Below, one piece after another: positions 30,001 to 43,140 of a stretch of DNA of 64,000 nucleotides (position 1 is the stretch's first letter; the number at the start of each line of letters is the position of its first letter). This DNA is from Eledone cirrhosa. Taxonomy: Eukaryota. Under the pieces are notes generated by a model. The model was given only the letters and a program-made list of their open reading frames with translations, ran no database searches and had not been told where the DNA came from. The position numbers and the translations under genes are program-made. The DNA lies in assembly GCA_964016885.1 (NCBI GenBank), contig OZ024743.1, forward strand, positions 318,184,001 through 318,248,000, given 5' to 3'.

Positions 30001-33000
30001 TGCTAATCTATATGATACTGTATGTCAGGGACTATAGACAATAGCACTAATGCTAATCTATATGATACTGTATGTCAGGGACTATAGACAATAGCACCAA
30101 TGCTAATCTATATGATACTGTATGTCAGGGACTATAGACAGTAGCACTAATGCTAATCTATATGATGCTGTATGTCAGGGACTATAGACAATAGCACCAA
30201 TGCTAATCTATATGATGTTGTATGTTAGGGACTATAGACAATAGCACCAATGCCTATCTATATGATACTGTATGTCAGGGACTATAGACAATAGCACCAA
30301 TGCTAATCTATATGATACTGTATGTCAGGGACTATAGACAATAGCACTAATGCTAATCTATATGTTGTTACATGTCAGGGACTATAGACAATAGCACCAA
30401 TGCTAATCTATATGATACTGTATGTCAGGGACTATAGACAATAGCACCAATGCTAATCTATATGATGTTGTATGTCAGGAACTATAGACAATAGCACCAA
30501 TGCTAATCTATATGATACTGTATGTCAGCGACTATAGACAATAGCACCAATGCTAATCTATATGATGCTGTATGTCAGGGACTATAGACAATCGCACAAA
30601 TGCTAATCTATATGATACTGTATGTCAGGGACTATAGACAATAGCACCAATGCTAATCTATATGATGCTGTATGTCAGGGACTATAGACAATAGCACCAA
30701 TGCGAATCTATATATTGTATGCCAGGGACTATAGACTATAGCACCAATGCTAGTCTATATGATGTTGTATGTCAGGGACTATAGACAATAGCACCAATGC
30801 TAATCTATATGATACTGTATGTCAGGGACTATAGACAACACCAACAATGCTATTCTATATGATGCTGTATGTCAGGGACTATAGACGATAGCACCAATGC
30901 TAATCTATATGATACTGTATGTCAGGGACTATAGACAATAGCACCAATGCCTATCTATATGATGTTGTATGTCAGGGACTATAGACAATAGCACCAATGC
31001 CTATCTATATGATACTGTATGCCAGGGACTATAGACAATAGCACCAATGCTAATCTACATGATACTGTATGTCAGGGACTATAGACAATAGCACCAATGC
31101 TACTCTTTATGATGCTGTATGTCAGGGACTATAGACAATAGCACCAATGCTAATCTATATGATACTGTATGTCAGGGACTATAGACAATAGCACCAATGC
31201 TAATCTATATGATGTTGTATGTCAGGGACTATAGATAATAGCACCAATGCTAATCTATATGATACTGTATGTCAGGGACTATAGACAATAGCACCAATGC
31301 TAATCTATATGATGTTGTATGTCAGGGACTATAGATAATAGCACCAATGCTAATCTATATGATACTGTATGTCAGGGACTATAGACAATAGCACCAATGC
31401 TAATCTATATGATGTTGTATGTCAGGGACTATAGATAATAGCACCAATGCTAATCTACATGATACTGTATGTCAGGGACTATAGACAATAGCACCAATGC
31501 TAATCTATATGATGTTGTATGTCAGAGACTATAGACAATAGCACCAATGCTAATCTATATGATGTTGTATGTCAGAGACTATAGACAATAGCACCAATGC
31601 TAATCTATATGATGTTGTATGTCAGAGACTATAGACAATAGCACCAATGCTAATCTATATGATGCAGTATGTCAGGGACTATAGACAATAGCACCAATGC
31701 TAATCTATATGATGTTATATATCAGGGACTATAGACAATAGCACCAATGCTAAGCTATATGATACTGTATGTCAGGGACTATAGACAATAGCACCAATGC
31801 TAATCTATATGATGCTGTATGTCAGGGACTATAGACAATAGCACCAATGCCTATCTATATGATACTGTATGTCAGGGACTATAGACAATAGCACCAATGC
31901 TAATCTATATGATACTGTATGTCAGGGACTATAGACAATAGCACTAATGCTAATCTATATGATACTGTATGTCAGGGACTATAGACAATAGCACCAATTC
32001 TAATCCATATGATGTTGTATGTCAGGAACTATAGACAATAGCACCAATGCTAATCTATATGATACTGTATGTTAGGGACTATAGACAATAGCACCAATGC
32101 CTATCTATATGATACTGTATGTCAGGGACTATAGACAATAGCACCAATGCTAATCTATATGATACTGTATGTCAGGGACTATAGACAATAGCACTAATGC
32201 TAATCTATATGATACTGTATGTCAGGGACTGTAGACAATAGCACCAATGCTAATCTATATGATGTTGTATGTCAGGAACTATAGACAATAGCACCAATGC
32301 TAATCTATATGATGCTGTATGTCAGGTACTATAGACAATATCACCAATGCTGATCTATATGATGTTGTATGTCAGGGACTATAGACAATAGCACCAATGC
32401 TAATCTATATGATATTGTATGTCAGGGACTATAGACAATAGCACCAATGCTAATCTATATGATGTTGTATGTCAGGGACTATAGACAATAGCACCAATGC
32501 TAATCTATATGATACTGTATGTTAGGGACTATAGACAATAGCACCAATGCTAATCTATATGATACTGTATGTCAGGGACTATAGACAATAGCACCAATGC
32601 CTATCTATATGATGTTGTATGTCAGGGACTATAGACAATAGCACCAATGCTAATCTATATGATACTGTATGTCAGAGACTATAGACAATAGCACCAATGC
32701 CTATCTATATGATACTGTATGTCAGGGACTATAGACAATAGCACCAATGCCTATCTATATGATGTTGTATGTCAGGAACTATAGACAATAGCACCAATGC
32801 TAATCTATATGATACTGTATGTTAGGGACTATAGACAATAGCACCAATGCCTATCTATATGATACTGTATGTCAGGGACTATAGACAATAGCACCAATGC
32901 CTATCTATATGATGTTGTATGTCAGGAACTATAGACAATAGCACCAATGCTAATCTATATGATACTGTATGTTAGGGACTATAGACAATAGCACCAATGC

Positions 33001-36000
33001 CTATCTATATGATACTGTATGTCAGGGACTATAGACAATAGCACCAATGCTAATCTATATGATACTGTATGTCAGGGACTATAGACAATAGCACCAATGC
33101 TAATCTATATGATACTGTATGTCAGGGACTATAGACAATAGCACCAATGCTAATCTATATGATACTGTATGTCAGGGACTATAGACAATAGCACCAATGC
33201 TAATCTATATGATGTTGTATGTCAGGAACTATAGACAATAGCACCAATGCTAATCTATATGATACTGTATGTCAGGGACTATAGACAATAGCACCAATGC
33301 TAATCTATATGATGTTGTATGTCAGGGACTATAGACAATAGCACCAATGCTAATCTATATGATACTGTATGTCAGGGACTATAGACAATAGCACCAATGC
33401 TAATCTATATGATACTGTATGTCAGGGACTATAGACAATAGCACCATTGCTAATCTATATGATACTGTATGTCAGGGACTATAGACAATAGCACCAATGC
33501 CTATCTATATGATGTTGTATGTCAGGGACTATAGACAATAGCACCAATGCCTATCTATATGATACTGTATGTCAGGGACTATAGACAATAGCACCAATGC
33601 TAATCTATATGATGTTGTATGTCAGGGACTATAGACAATAGCACCAATGCTAATCTATATGATACTGTATGTCAGGGACTATAGACAATAGCACCAATGC
33701 TAATCTATATGATACTGTATGTCAGGGACTATAGACAATAGCACCAATGCTAATCTATATGATACTGTATGTCAGGGACTATAGACAATAGCACCAATGC
33801 TAATCTATATGATACTGTATGTCAGGGACTATAGACAATAGCACCAATGCTAATCTATATGATGTTGTATGTCAGGGACTATAGACAATAGCACCAATGC
33901 TAATCTATATGATACTGTATGTCAGGGACTATAGACAATAGCACCAATGCCTATCTATATGATGTTGTATGTCAGGGACTATAGACAATAGCACCAATGC
34001 CTATCTATATGATACTGTATGTCAGGGACTATAGACAATAGCACCAATGCTAATCTATATGATACTGTATGTGAGGGACTATAGACAATAGCACCAATGC
34101 CTATCTATATGATGTTGTATGTCAGGGACTATAGACAATAGCACCAATGCCTATCTATATGATACTGTATGTTAGGGACTATAGACAATAGCACCAATGC
34201 TAATCTATATGATACTGTATGTCAGGGACTATAGACAATAGCACCAATGCTAATCTATATGATGTTGTATGTCAGGAACTATAGACAATAGCACCAATGC
34301 TAATCTATATGATACTGTATGTCAGGGACTATAGACAATAGCACCAATGCTAATCTATATGATGTTGTATGTCAGGAACTATAGACAATAGCACCAATGC
34401 CTATCTATATGATACTGTATGTCAGGGACTATAGACAATAGCACCAATGCTAATCTATATGATACTGTATGTCAGGGACTATAGACAATAGCACTAATGC
34501 TAATCTATATGATACTGTATGTCAGGGACTGTAGACAATAGCACCAATGCCTATCTATATGATACTGTATGTTAGGGACTATAGACAATAGCACCAATGC
34601 TAATCTATATGATACTGTATGTCAGGGACTATAGACAATAGCACCAATGCTAATCTATATGATGTTGTATGTCAGGAACTATAGACAATAGCACCAATGC
34701 TAATCTATATGATGTTGTATGTCAGGAACTATAGACAATAGCACCAATGCTAATCTATATGATGCTGTATGTCAGGTACTATAGACAATATCACCAATGC
34801 TGATCTATATGATGTTGTATGTCAGGAACTATAGACAATAGCACCAATGCTAATCTATATGATGCTGTATGTCAGGTACTATAGACAATAGCACCAATGC
34901 CTATCTATATGATACTGTATGTTAGGGACTATAGACAATAGCACCAATGCTAATCCATATGATGTTGTATGTCAGGAACTATAGACAATAGCACCAATGC
35001 TAATCTATATGATGTTGTATGTCAGGAACTATAGACAATAGCACCAATGCTAATCTATATGATGTTGTATGTCAGGAACTATAGACAATAGCACCAATGC
35101 TAATCTATATGATGCTGTATGTCATGTACTATAGACAATAGCACCAATGCCTATCTATATGATACTGTATGTTAGGGACTATAGACAATAGCACCAATGC
35201 TAATCCATATGATGTTGTATGTCAGGAACTATAGACAACACCACCAATGCTAATCTATATGATACTGTATGTTAGGGACTATAGACAATAGCACCAATGC
35301 TAATCTATATGATACTGTATGTTAGGGACTATAGACAATAGCACCAATGCCTATCTATATGATACTGTATGTCAGGGACTATAGACAATAGCACCAATGC
35401 TAATCTATATGATGTTGTATGTCAGGAACTATAGACAATAGCACCAATGCTAATCTATATGATGTTGTATGTCAGGGACTATAGACAACACCACCAATGC
35501 TAATCTATATGATACTGTATGTCAGGGACTATAGACAATAGCACCAATGCTAATATATATGATGTTGTATGTCAGGAACTATAGACAATAGCACCAATGC
35601 TAATCTATATGATACTGTATGTCAGGGACTATAGACAATAGTACCAATGCTAATCTATATGATACTGCATGTCAGGGACTATAGACAATAGCACCAATGC
35701 TAATCTATATGATACTGTATGTCAGGGACTATAGACAATAGCACCAATGCTAATCTATATGATGTTGTATGTCAGGGACTATAGACAGTAGCACCAATGC
35801 TAATCTATATGATGTTGTATGTCAGGGACTATAGACAATAGCACCAATGCTAATCTATATATTGTATGCCAGGGACTATAGACAATAGCAGCAATGCTAA
35901 TCTATATGATGTTGTATGTCAGAGACTATAGACAATAGCACCAATGCCTATCTATATGATACTGTATGTCAGGGACTATAGACAACACCACCAATGCTAA

Positions 36001-36572
36001 TCTATATGATACTGTATGTCAGGTACTATAGACAATAGTACCAATGCTAATCTATATGATACTGTATGTCAGGTACTATAGACAATAGCACCAATGCTAA
36101 TCTATATGATGTTGTATGTCAGGGACTATAGACAATAGCACCAATGCTAATCTATATTATGTTGTATGTCAGGGACTATAGACAATAGCACCAATGCTAA
36201 TCTATATGATGTTGTATGTCAGGGACTATAGACAATAGCACCAATGCTAATCTATATTATGTTGTATGTCAGGGACTATAGACAATAGCACCAATGCTAA
36301 TCTATATGATGTTGTATGTCAGGGACTATAGACAATAGCACCAATGCTAATCTATATGATACTGTATGTCAGGTACTATAGACAATAGCACCAATGCTAA
36401 TCTATATGATACTGTATGTCAGGGACTATAGACAATATTAGCAATGCTAATCTCTATGATGTTGTATGTCAGGGACTGTAGACAATAGTACCAATGCTAA
36501 TCTATATGATGTTGTATATGTCAGGGACTATTGACAATAGTACCAATGCCTATCTATATATTACTGTATGTC
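1..36572. repeat. Tandem satellite/giant minisatellite array, 50-bp monomer, ~730 head-to-tail copies, continuing beyond the left edge
   Basis: Monomer TGTCAGGGACTATAGACAATAGCACCAATGCTAATCTATATGAT(AC/GT)TGTA is read directly throughout. Most copies differ by 0-3 substitutions, with rare 47-, 49- and 52-bp units. The array degenerates over the last ~1 kb and ends near 36572. The ORF track shows no ORF wholly within it. Confidence 0.99.
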
Positions 36573-36819
36573 CACAATTTTTATTGGAGAAAAAAAGTGA
36601 TGTCATTACACCCTCACCGACCTTAGCTTGCACAACTGCACATCTCAAAGGCGATCACACAGGATCGAGATCTCTGGCGTTATGCAATAATACAAAAGAA
36701 CCGCTTTCTCATTTCCACCGGTTGAAGCATACATCTAGTATGCATCACTTTCACATACCTTCTCCTGCCCCCTCCCATACATCTCACCCTTCATCCACGT
36801 TCCTACACCCCTACCATAG

Positions 36820-37040
36820 CCCACCCTGTAAAGTGGTCATGTAGGTGTCACAATAAAAACCTCCCAGTACACACTGTAAATGTGGTTGGCACAAGGAAGG
36901 GCATCCAGCCATAGAATCCAAGCCGGAAACAGTTCTGTACAAGCGGGACATGGTCATCCGAACTGGCTTGTCTCACAATGGGACAACTTGTCTAACCCAT
37001 GTTAGCGTAGAAAAATGGACATTAAATGGTGATGATGATA
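36820..37040 (+). mobile_element. SINE-like element with RTE-derived 3' tail (family A)
   Basis: Core CACTGTAAA..GGTTGGCA..AGGAAGGGCATCCAGCC and tail AACCCATG.TAGC..GAAAAATGGAC.TTAAATGGTGATGATGAT. The same tail ends the RTE fragments in this window, and many further copies occur here. Confidence 0.75.
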
Positions 37041-37059
37041 ATAGTATATCTCTAGTGCT

Positions 37060-37285
37060 GGTTACATGGTGCCACACTTCCACAGTGCTATGATAGAATG
37101 TACCCAGTAAATTCTGTAAAGTAGTAGTGTTGGTGTGATGATAAAATGTACCCAGTACATTCTGTAGTCCAGTTATAGAAACCATGCCAAAAATGTAATG
37201 AAGGATCTGCTCCCAGTCTAGTGTCTAACTGTGACCATCCCTCCAACCCATGCCACTATGGAAAGTGGATGTAAAATGATGATGA
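37060..37285 (+). mobile_element. Degenerate/truncated family A SINE copy
   Basis: AATGTACCCAG..CTGTAAAG units and tail CCAACCCATGCC..GGAAAGTGGATGTAAAATGATGATGA. Confidence 0.6.
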
Positions 37286-37739
37286 CAAAGATTTAACATA
37301 AACATAGCAATATAACTCTAAATGCTATACTATGTTTGACAGTAACATGAACTGTGTGTCATAACAATAATAAACAAAATGCCATAAATGACTGATGTGT
37401 AACAATTGACTTATATGAAGGTCACTGTTGGCAAGTATTATACACAATGTTGTCAAGTATTATACAATTTACACTGTCTTTACTGTAACTTAGTAGTATT
37501 TTCTCATGTACATTTTGATTACTTTAGATTAGAAGTGTGAAAATGAATGGCTTAGTTCTTAATGTGTTCAGTTCACAATCGTAAGTACTCAATACCGGGA
37601 CTTGACTAACTGCTTCCTTTTTGTACCAGATTACCACAGAGGAGAGCAAGATAAATACCGGGGTCTGATTCACAGCTTCCTTTTCATACCAGTCACCATC
37701 AAGACCTCTGCTGTCCTTGGTCCCCAGATTATCACAGAG

Positions 37740-38030
37740 GAGAGGAAGATAAACAAATACTAGAGCTTGACCGATCATTTCCTTTTCGTAATGGTTGGCA
37801 TCAAGACCTCAGATTTCCTTTGCAAAATCAGAAAGACAGCAATCCACCTGAAGAAGTAGCCCCATGAGGTGGGGTGGCTGTTGCAACAAGTGTCTGTGGC
37901 CATGCCTTTGATATCGTGTCTGCGGGGCTCAGCTGAAACAACACTCAGACTGGGGTGTAGTCTGTCCCTCCTTCTCTCCCTTTGCTTTGTTAATTCTCTT
38001 TTTTCTTTTTCTTCTTTCCATTTGTATCGT
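37740..38030. repeat. Interspersed repeat, unclassified; second copy at ~54050-54310
   Basis: Shared blocks GGGTGGCTGTTGCA.CA.GTGTCT, ATGCCTTTGA and CAGACT.GGGTGTAGT followed by a pyrimidine tract in both places. Confidence 0.6.
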
Positions 38031-38217
38031 AAAGTTGTGAGTTCAATTCCTGGGTCCATGTTGTGTCTTTGAGCAAGTGACATTATTTCAATGTTGCTCC
38101 TGTAAACTCAAAAACACAAAAAAACAGGCCTTGCCACACATTGTCATGCTGAATCTCCCCGTGAATCAAATTGAGGAATGGGGTATGGAATATTCCCAAT
38201 TCTTGTTTATTTGGAAA

Positions 38218-38720
38218 TCATCATCATCATTTTACGTCCGCTTTTCCCTGCTTGCAAGGGTTGGATGGGTCCTATTTAGCACAGCATCTCTCCACTTGTC
38301 ACGGTCCTTCGTCATCTCCTCCGTGAGCTTCAGCGATCTGAGGTCTGTTCTCACCGCCTCCGCCCATGTTTTACGTGGTTTTCCTCTACTGCGTCTTCCT
38401 TCTACTGGTATTTCTTGGCACTTCTTTACCGAGCAGTCATCCTCCATACGCATCACATGTCCATACCATCACAGTCCCCTCCCGCACACTACAACTTATC
38501 CCTCTTATACACAGTTTCTCTCTCAACTCATTCATGCTTGGTCGTTCACACATATTGACATTGCACATCCAATAGAGCATGCTTACTTCATTTCTCTTCA
38601 GCAGTCGCTGCCCATCTCTCACTACCATGCAGCATCGCGCATCTCACACAGGCATCATATAACCGGCCTTTCGTACGCAGGGAGAAACCCTTCTTTGTCA
38701 ACAGAGGAAGCAGCTCCCTA
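38218..38720 (-). mobile_element. RTE-clade LINE 3' fragment (decayed ORF C-terminus)
   Basis: Broken frames give LKRNEVSMLYWMCNV...NELREKL and GRRSRGKPRKTWAEAVRTDL...DRDKWR, typical of the RTE ORF C-terminus. Ends in a (GAT)n tail. Confidence 0.85.
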
Positions 38721-40334
38721 AACGAAAATCATAGGCAGTGTCCTTCATTAGAAATATAGCAATGAAACAGTAAAAACTCTGTAGAGCTACGAATGAACTT
38801 AAATTTTACTAATTAATCTTGGTTATTAAAATATTTTATCAATAATCATTTTATTTCTCTTTTCAGATATTTTTTTTGAAAAATTATCAATCCTGGCTTC
38901 ATTTAAAATACCGTTCTACAGATGATGATCCAAAATACTGTTCTAAAGAGAATGATCCAAACACTTTTCAAATTATTTCTTTCTCTCTTGGATTCTTTCC
39001 TGTCACCTTTTCTGTTAGTCAAACATTGTTAATAGTTATGCAAGAGCACAATTAATCTTATTTTAACTCTTCCCCTTGCCCCACCCCTACAAAATTTAAT
39101 TTATTTTTACCTCTCCCCACCCAAAAAACATTTTCAAAAGAATTATCTACTTTTTCCAATGTATGTTACTTTATCCTTTTTAAAAAAAAAGAAGCAACTC
39201 TTTAGTATGCTAAATCTCTTTTTATCAAAATTAGTTGTTGATATTTGATGGCTTAAAAATATTATAGCAGTCACATTAAAATTATCTCCTCTGTGTTTAC
39301 TTCAAAGAAATTAATATTCAAATGAAAATCATCAAAATTGCAAAAAAGTAAAACAGAAATAATTAATTTGATGCTAATTTTCCTTGAATAATATAATAAA
39401 AAAAAAAGTTATAATAATAATAATGTTGGGGAAATTTCAGGATAATTTCTAACATCAAGTGTCTTTCATTATAGTTAAGAAAAATTAATTTTAAATATGG
39501 CAAGAAATGGAAGTTTATTTAACAAATTCTTAAAACAAATTGTTGATTGGTTTTTAACAATTTTTATTGTTTTATTTTCGTTTTGTTTTTGTTGATTTAT
39601 TTTAGAATAAATTTTATTTACTTCTATCTTTTCTGCATTCAGCATTTGTTTTGTGTTTTTTCACACTCAGATTGATGTAATGTTTCAGTTTGTTTAAACA
39701 ATGGAACATTCTGCTCATGAAATTAGTGTTCTAGTGGCTGAGCATTCCACAGGCACACATATCTCTCAATGTAGTTCTTAAGGAGATTCAGCATGACATA
39801 GTGTGTGATAAGAGAGCCCCTTTGAATTACAGGTACAACTCATATTTTACAGATGAGTGAACTGGAGTAATGGTGAAATAAACCATCTTGCTCAAGGACA
39901 CAATGGCTTTATGATTGTGAGCCAAGTACCCCAATTCATGAGCCTTCAAATTGATGTAATATTATTTCAATATATAATTTATTAGGATTTAAAACCTTTT
40001 TTATTGTTTTTTTATTTTCTAACTACATCTCTCTAAATAGATTTCCTCTCTATTTTTCTGCTTTCAGATCTATCTGTGTACATTTTACTTTTGTTACTAA
40101 TTTTATTCTGAAGCATTTTCACCATTCTTCTAATTGACAAGTTTGCATTGTACTTAAATAATTTCAGAGCAAAATAAAGAACTATTAACTATGAAAGATT
40201 TCTGTTATTTAATAATTAAAATTTTATTTTAAAACAGAATTGCTTGTTTGAAGATATTTAAAAAGACATTCTTTGGATTCTTTGGATCAATCTGAATATA
40301 AGATGTCTATATAACGATCATCACAATGTAGACA

Positions 40335-40600
40335 TTGAATTGGCAGGGTCGTTAGTACGTTGAATAAAAGCTTTGTAGTATTCGTTTTGGTTCTCTACTC
40401 TTCGAATTCAAATCCCACCGAAGTCAATAAAAAAGTACCAGTCTAATACTGGGGTCATTTTCCCCACTCTATCTCTCTTTTTCTCTAGAAGAAATCTGCT
40501 GTACTCAGGCCTGGTGAGGGATGGGCTTTGCTAGGCTTATAATGCCATATGTCAATACAACGCCATCGAGAGTCACAGGACCTTACCATACCAACGCAAT
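40335..40600 (+). mobile_element. tRNA-derived SINE-like element (family B); related copies ~53345-53700, ~60995-61200 and, inverted, ~57180-57505
   Basis: A-box-like TGGCAG.GTC.TTAG, B-box-like GA(A/G)TTCAAATCC and conserved AAAAGTACCAGT...ACTGGGGTC in each copy. Confidence 0.65.
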
Positions 40601-40959
40601 GTGTTACAATTTCTACCTTGATTGCTCTGATCTTTCATTTTTACCTGAATCATTTCACTATATCATCTTTGAGGTTTTCCTTGTAGTATCTTCCAATCTC
40701 CTGGATATCACTCCACAACTATAAAGATCAATCTGTTTCAATGTGTCTGGCCCAGCAGAACTTGTGCTTTCAGTATTTTGTGGTCACACCGTTTTGGATA
40801 CAATCACACAATGATATTCCTAGCATGGATTTTTTTCATGGTCAGAGAATGATATAAAATTTTTAAAATCTAATTTAAGAACTCTGCATTTAAATTATAA
40901 TTATTCTACAAGCATTCAGAAAATATACATTTAAAATCTAAAGATTGAAAAGAGTTACA

Positions 40960-41467
40960 ACTTCCTTACATAGAAGGATAGTTGGTATAGTTTCAAATTC
41001 TAAAATTCTTTTGTAAAAACCCTCTAAGTTACACCCCCAACACCAGATAAATAATGGGAAAGCTAATTATTTTACTAAATCCCTCCAAATTATTGATTAT
41101 TTTTAAAATTAATTGAAAATCATGGGCAGTGTCTTTCATTAGAAATATGGGAAATAAAGGTTGTCTTTTAACCAACCAATGAACAATCAATTTTTATAAA
41201 TCACTTTCATGTGTTCCACAGTTATAGAAGCCCATTATTAACCCTTTTCTAATCAAAGACACTGCCTATGATGTTTAACTCATTTTGAAAATAATGAAGA
41301 ATTTGAAGAGATTTAGTAATGTAAATAATTTTATCATTATCTGGTCCTTGGGACATAAAGTTTCTTACATAAAATTATGATAGAAGCTTTTTAGATAAAT
41401 GTAAACAACAGCTCTATATCACAGAACCAGGGCTGATTTCATGTGGTTTGGTATTAAATGGATTAAA
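40960..41467. mobile_element. Two head-to-head copies of a non-autonomous DNA element (MITE family P1, TTAA-CCCTT start, piggyBac-like)
   Basis: TTAACCCTTT..CTAAT(C/G)AAAGACACTGCCTATGAT on + from ~41238 and its reverse complement at ~41110-41160. Further copies at ~47905, ~48208, ~59520 and ~60150-60370. Confidence 0.6.
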
Positions 41468-41614
41468 TTAGATATTTCCAGTCCATATTTCATTGTTGTT
41501 GTACACATTGGTCTCATGGTCTCAGAGGGCCTGGGCACTGCCCCTTCCACGAGACCTACTATATAAAAACAAAGAAAACAGTTTTAAAACATGCAACAAA
41601 GCTTTTTAGAAAGA

Positions 41615-41955
41615 TAAAATGTACCCAGCCAATCTGTAAAGTAATGGTGATGTGGCATGACAAAAAGCTCCCGATCCTCCCTGTAAGATGGTAGTGCTGG
41701 TACCATGACAAAAGCACCCAGTCTGCATTGGTACTATGACAAAAAGTAGCCATTACACCTTGTATGGTGGTAGTGCTGGAGTTAAAATAAAATGCTGTGA
41801 ATAGATTGGCATTAGGAAAGGCATCCAGCCATAGAAACCTGTCCAAAGACGGAGCCGACAGACAAGATGTGGTCATCTGAACTGTCTGACCTCAGTATGT
41901 GACAACCCATCTAACCCAAGCAAGCATGGAAAATAGATGATAAATGGTGATGATA
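41615..41955 (+). mobile_element. Family A RTE-tailed SINE with several internal ~40-bp units
   Basis: Repeated ATGACAAAAAGC.CCC...CTGTAA units, core TTGGCATTAGGAAAGGCATCCAGCCATAGAAAC and a GATGAT tail. Confidence 0.75.
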
Positions 41956-42019
41956 ATGAACATCATCTTCATGAAATGCTTTTATGGGCCACTGACTAAT
42001 ATTTTCGATTTTACATTAA

Positions 42020-42232
42020 CCCTTAACATTTAAACCCGCCATATCCGGCAAGAATTCTCTCACCTCTTTCTGTCCAAACCGGCTGTAACTTGCCATTCAT
42101 ACTTGTGTTAAGGTATTGTTCTCAAAATAAATAATATCAAAATCTCATAGATTCGATATTATGTGGGATAATTATGTGAGATAAAGCCTTTACCACTAAA
42201 ATATAATAGTAAATATAGAGTAATGTAAAGGG
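42020..42232. mobile_element. piggyBac-type MITE (family P2) with TTAA target duplication; second, 5'-truncated copy at ~54640-54826
   Basis: TTAA|CCCTTAACATT ... AATGTAAAGGG|TTAA, a 10/11-match terminal inverted repeat flanked by TTAA on both sides. The body matches 54640-54826. Confidence 0.75.
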
Positions 42233-42574
42233 TTAAGTGTTGTGTGCATGGGTCTTTATCTTGTTAGAGCTATGACATCATTTTACATATTTTTCCACTT
42301 TTAAATAGGTTAAACGAAGCCCAGAACTTATCCCAGGTTTATGGTCGTAGTCACTATGTAAGAGAGTACAGGAGTAAATGGAACACAAGTCTGCTACTGC
42401 TGCTGGTATTCATGTTCAGTTAACTGAACCAGAACCATGTAAATGGGATTTTAGACTGTTGCTGGTGGTGATACTTATGTTCAGTTTAGTGAACTGGAAC
42501 AATGTGAAATGAAGTGCCTTGCTCAAAGATACAATGTGTAACCCAGTTTGGGAATTAAACCTATGATCACAGCA

Positions 42575-42975
42575 TATGGCAAGGGGTCCTTTCATTAAAA
42601 CACCCAAGTGTCCTCCTATGAAGTACGACATTGTATGAAGCCTGCTAAACCTACATAGGTGTGTGTTGTAAGAACATGGTAGGTATAGGGACCCTATCAT
42701 TAAAACATTTCATAAACCTATGAGATACAACCTCATAGGAGGCTAGCTAAACCTGCATTGGTAGGGGCTGTAACAACATGATAACCCAATGGTCCCTATC
42801 ACTAGGATATTTCCTATGAGATAACTTTGACTTTCATGATAGATCTTGGGCCCTTATCATTAAAACACTTTAGAAACCTCCAATGAGATAACAACCTCAT
42901 AGGAGGGTAGCTAAACGTGCATTGATAGGGGCTGTGACATGATAATACAAGACCCCTATCAGTAAAAACTCCTGG
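42575..42975. repeat. Diverged tandem repeat (3-4 units of ~110 bp) inserted inside a minus-strand tRNA-head SINE
   Basis: Recurrent CCCTATCATTAAAACA...ATGAGATA.AACCTCATAGGAGG.TAGCTAAAC. A B-box-like sequence lies at ~42550 and an A-box-like head at ~43085-43105, on either side of the repeat. Confidence 0.6.
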
Positions 42976-43140
42976 GAAATCTATGATTTGTACATTATTC
43001 TATGTTCTATACATGCACCTTTGATGAGTTGTAGTGCACTTGAGCACTGTACACAATTTTCATTATTTCATTACCTTAAACCCAACACCCTAACCACTAG
43101 GCTACAGTCCTTTACTTTGTCTTGCTACTTATACAAAATG

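Noticed and set aside
1-36572. CRISPR array (palindromic repeat with regular period)
   Set aside because: There are no unique spacers, since the whole 50-bp unit repeats. No cas genes are present and the context is eukaryotic with spliceosomal introns.
1-36572. Coding tandem repeat
   Set aside because: The unit length is not a multiple of 3, stop codons recur in the units, and the ORF track has no ORF wholly within the array.
36494-36844. 116-aa ORF at the array edge
   Set aside because: It reads through degenerate monomers into low-complexity and SINE sequence, with no recognisable domain.
38077-38721. 214-aa plus-strand ORF
   Set aside because: It is the antisense frame of a decayed RTE fragment.
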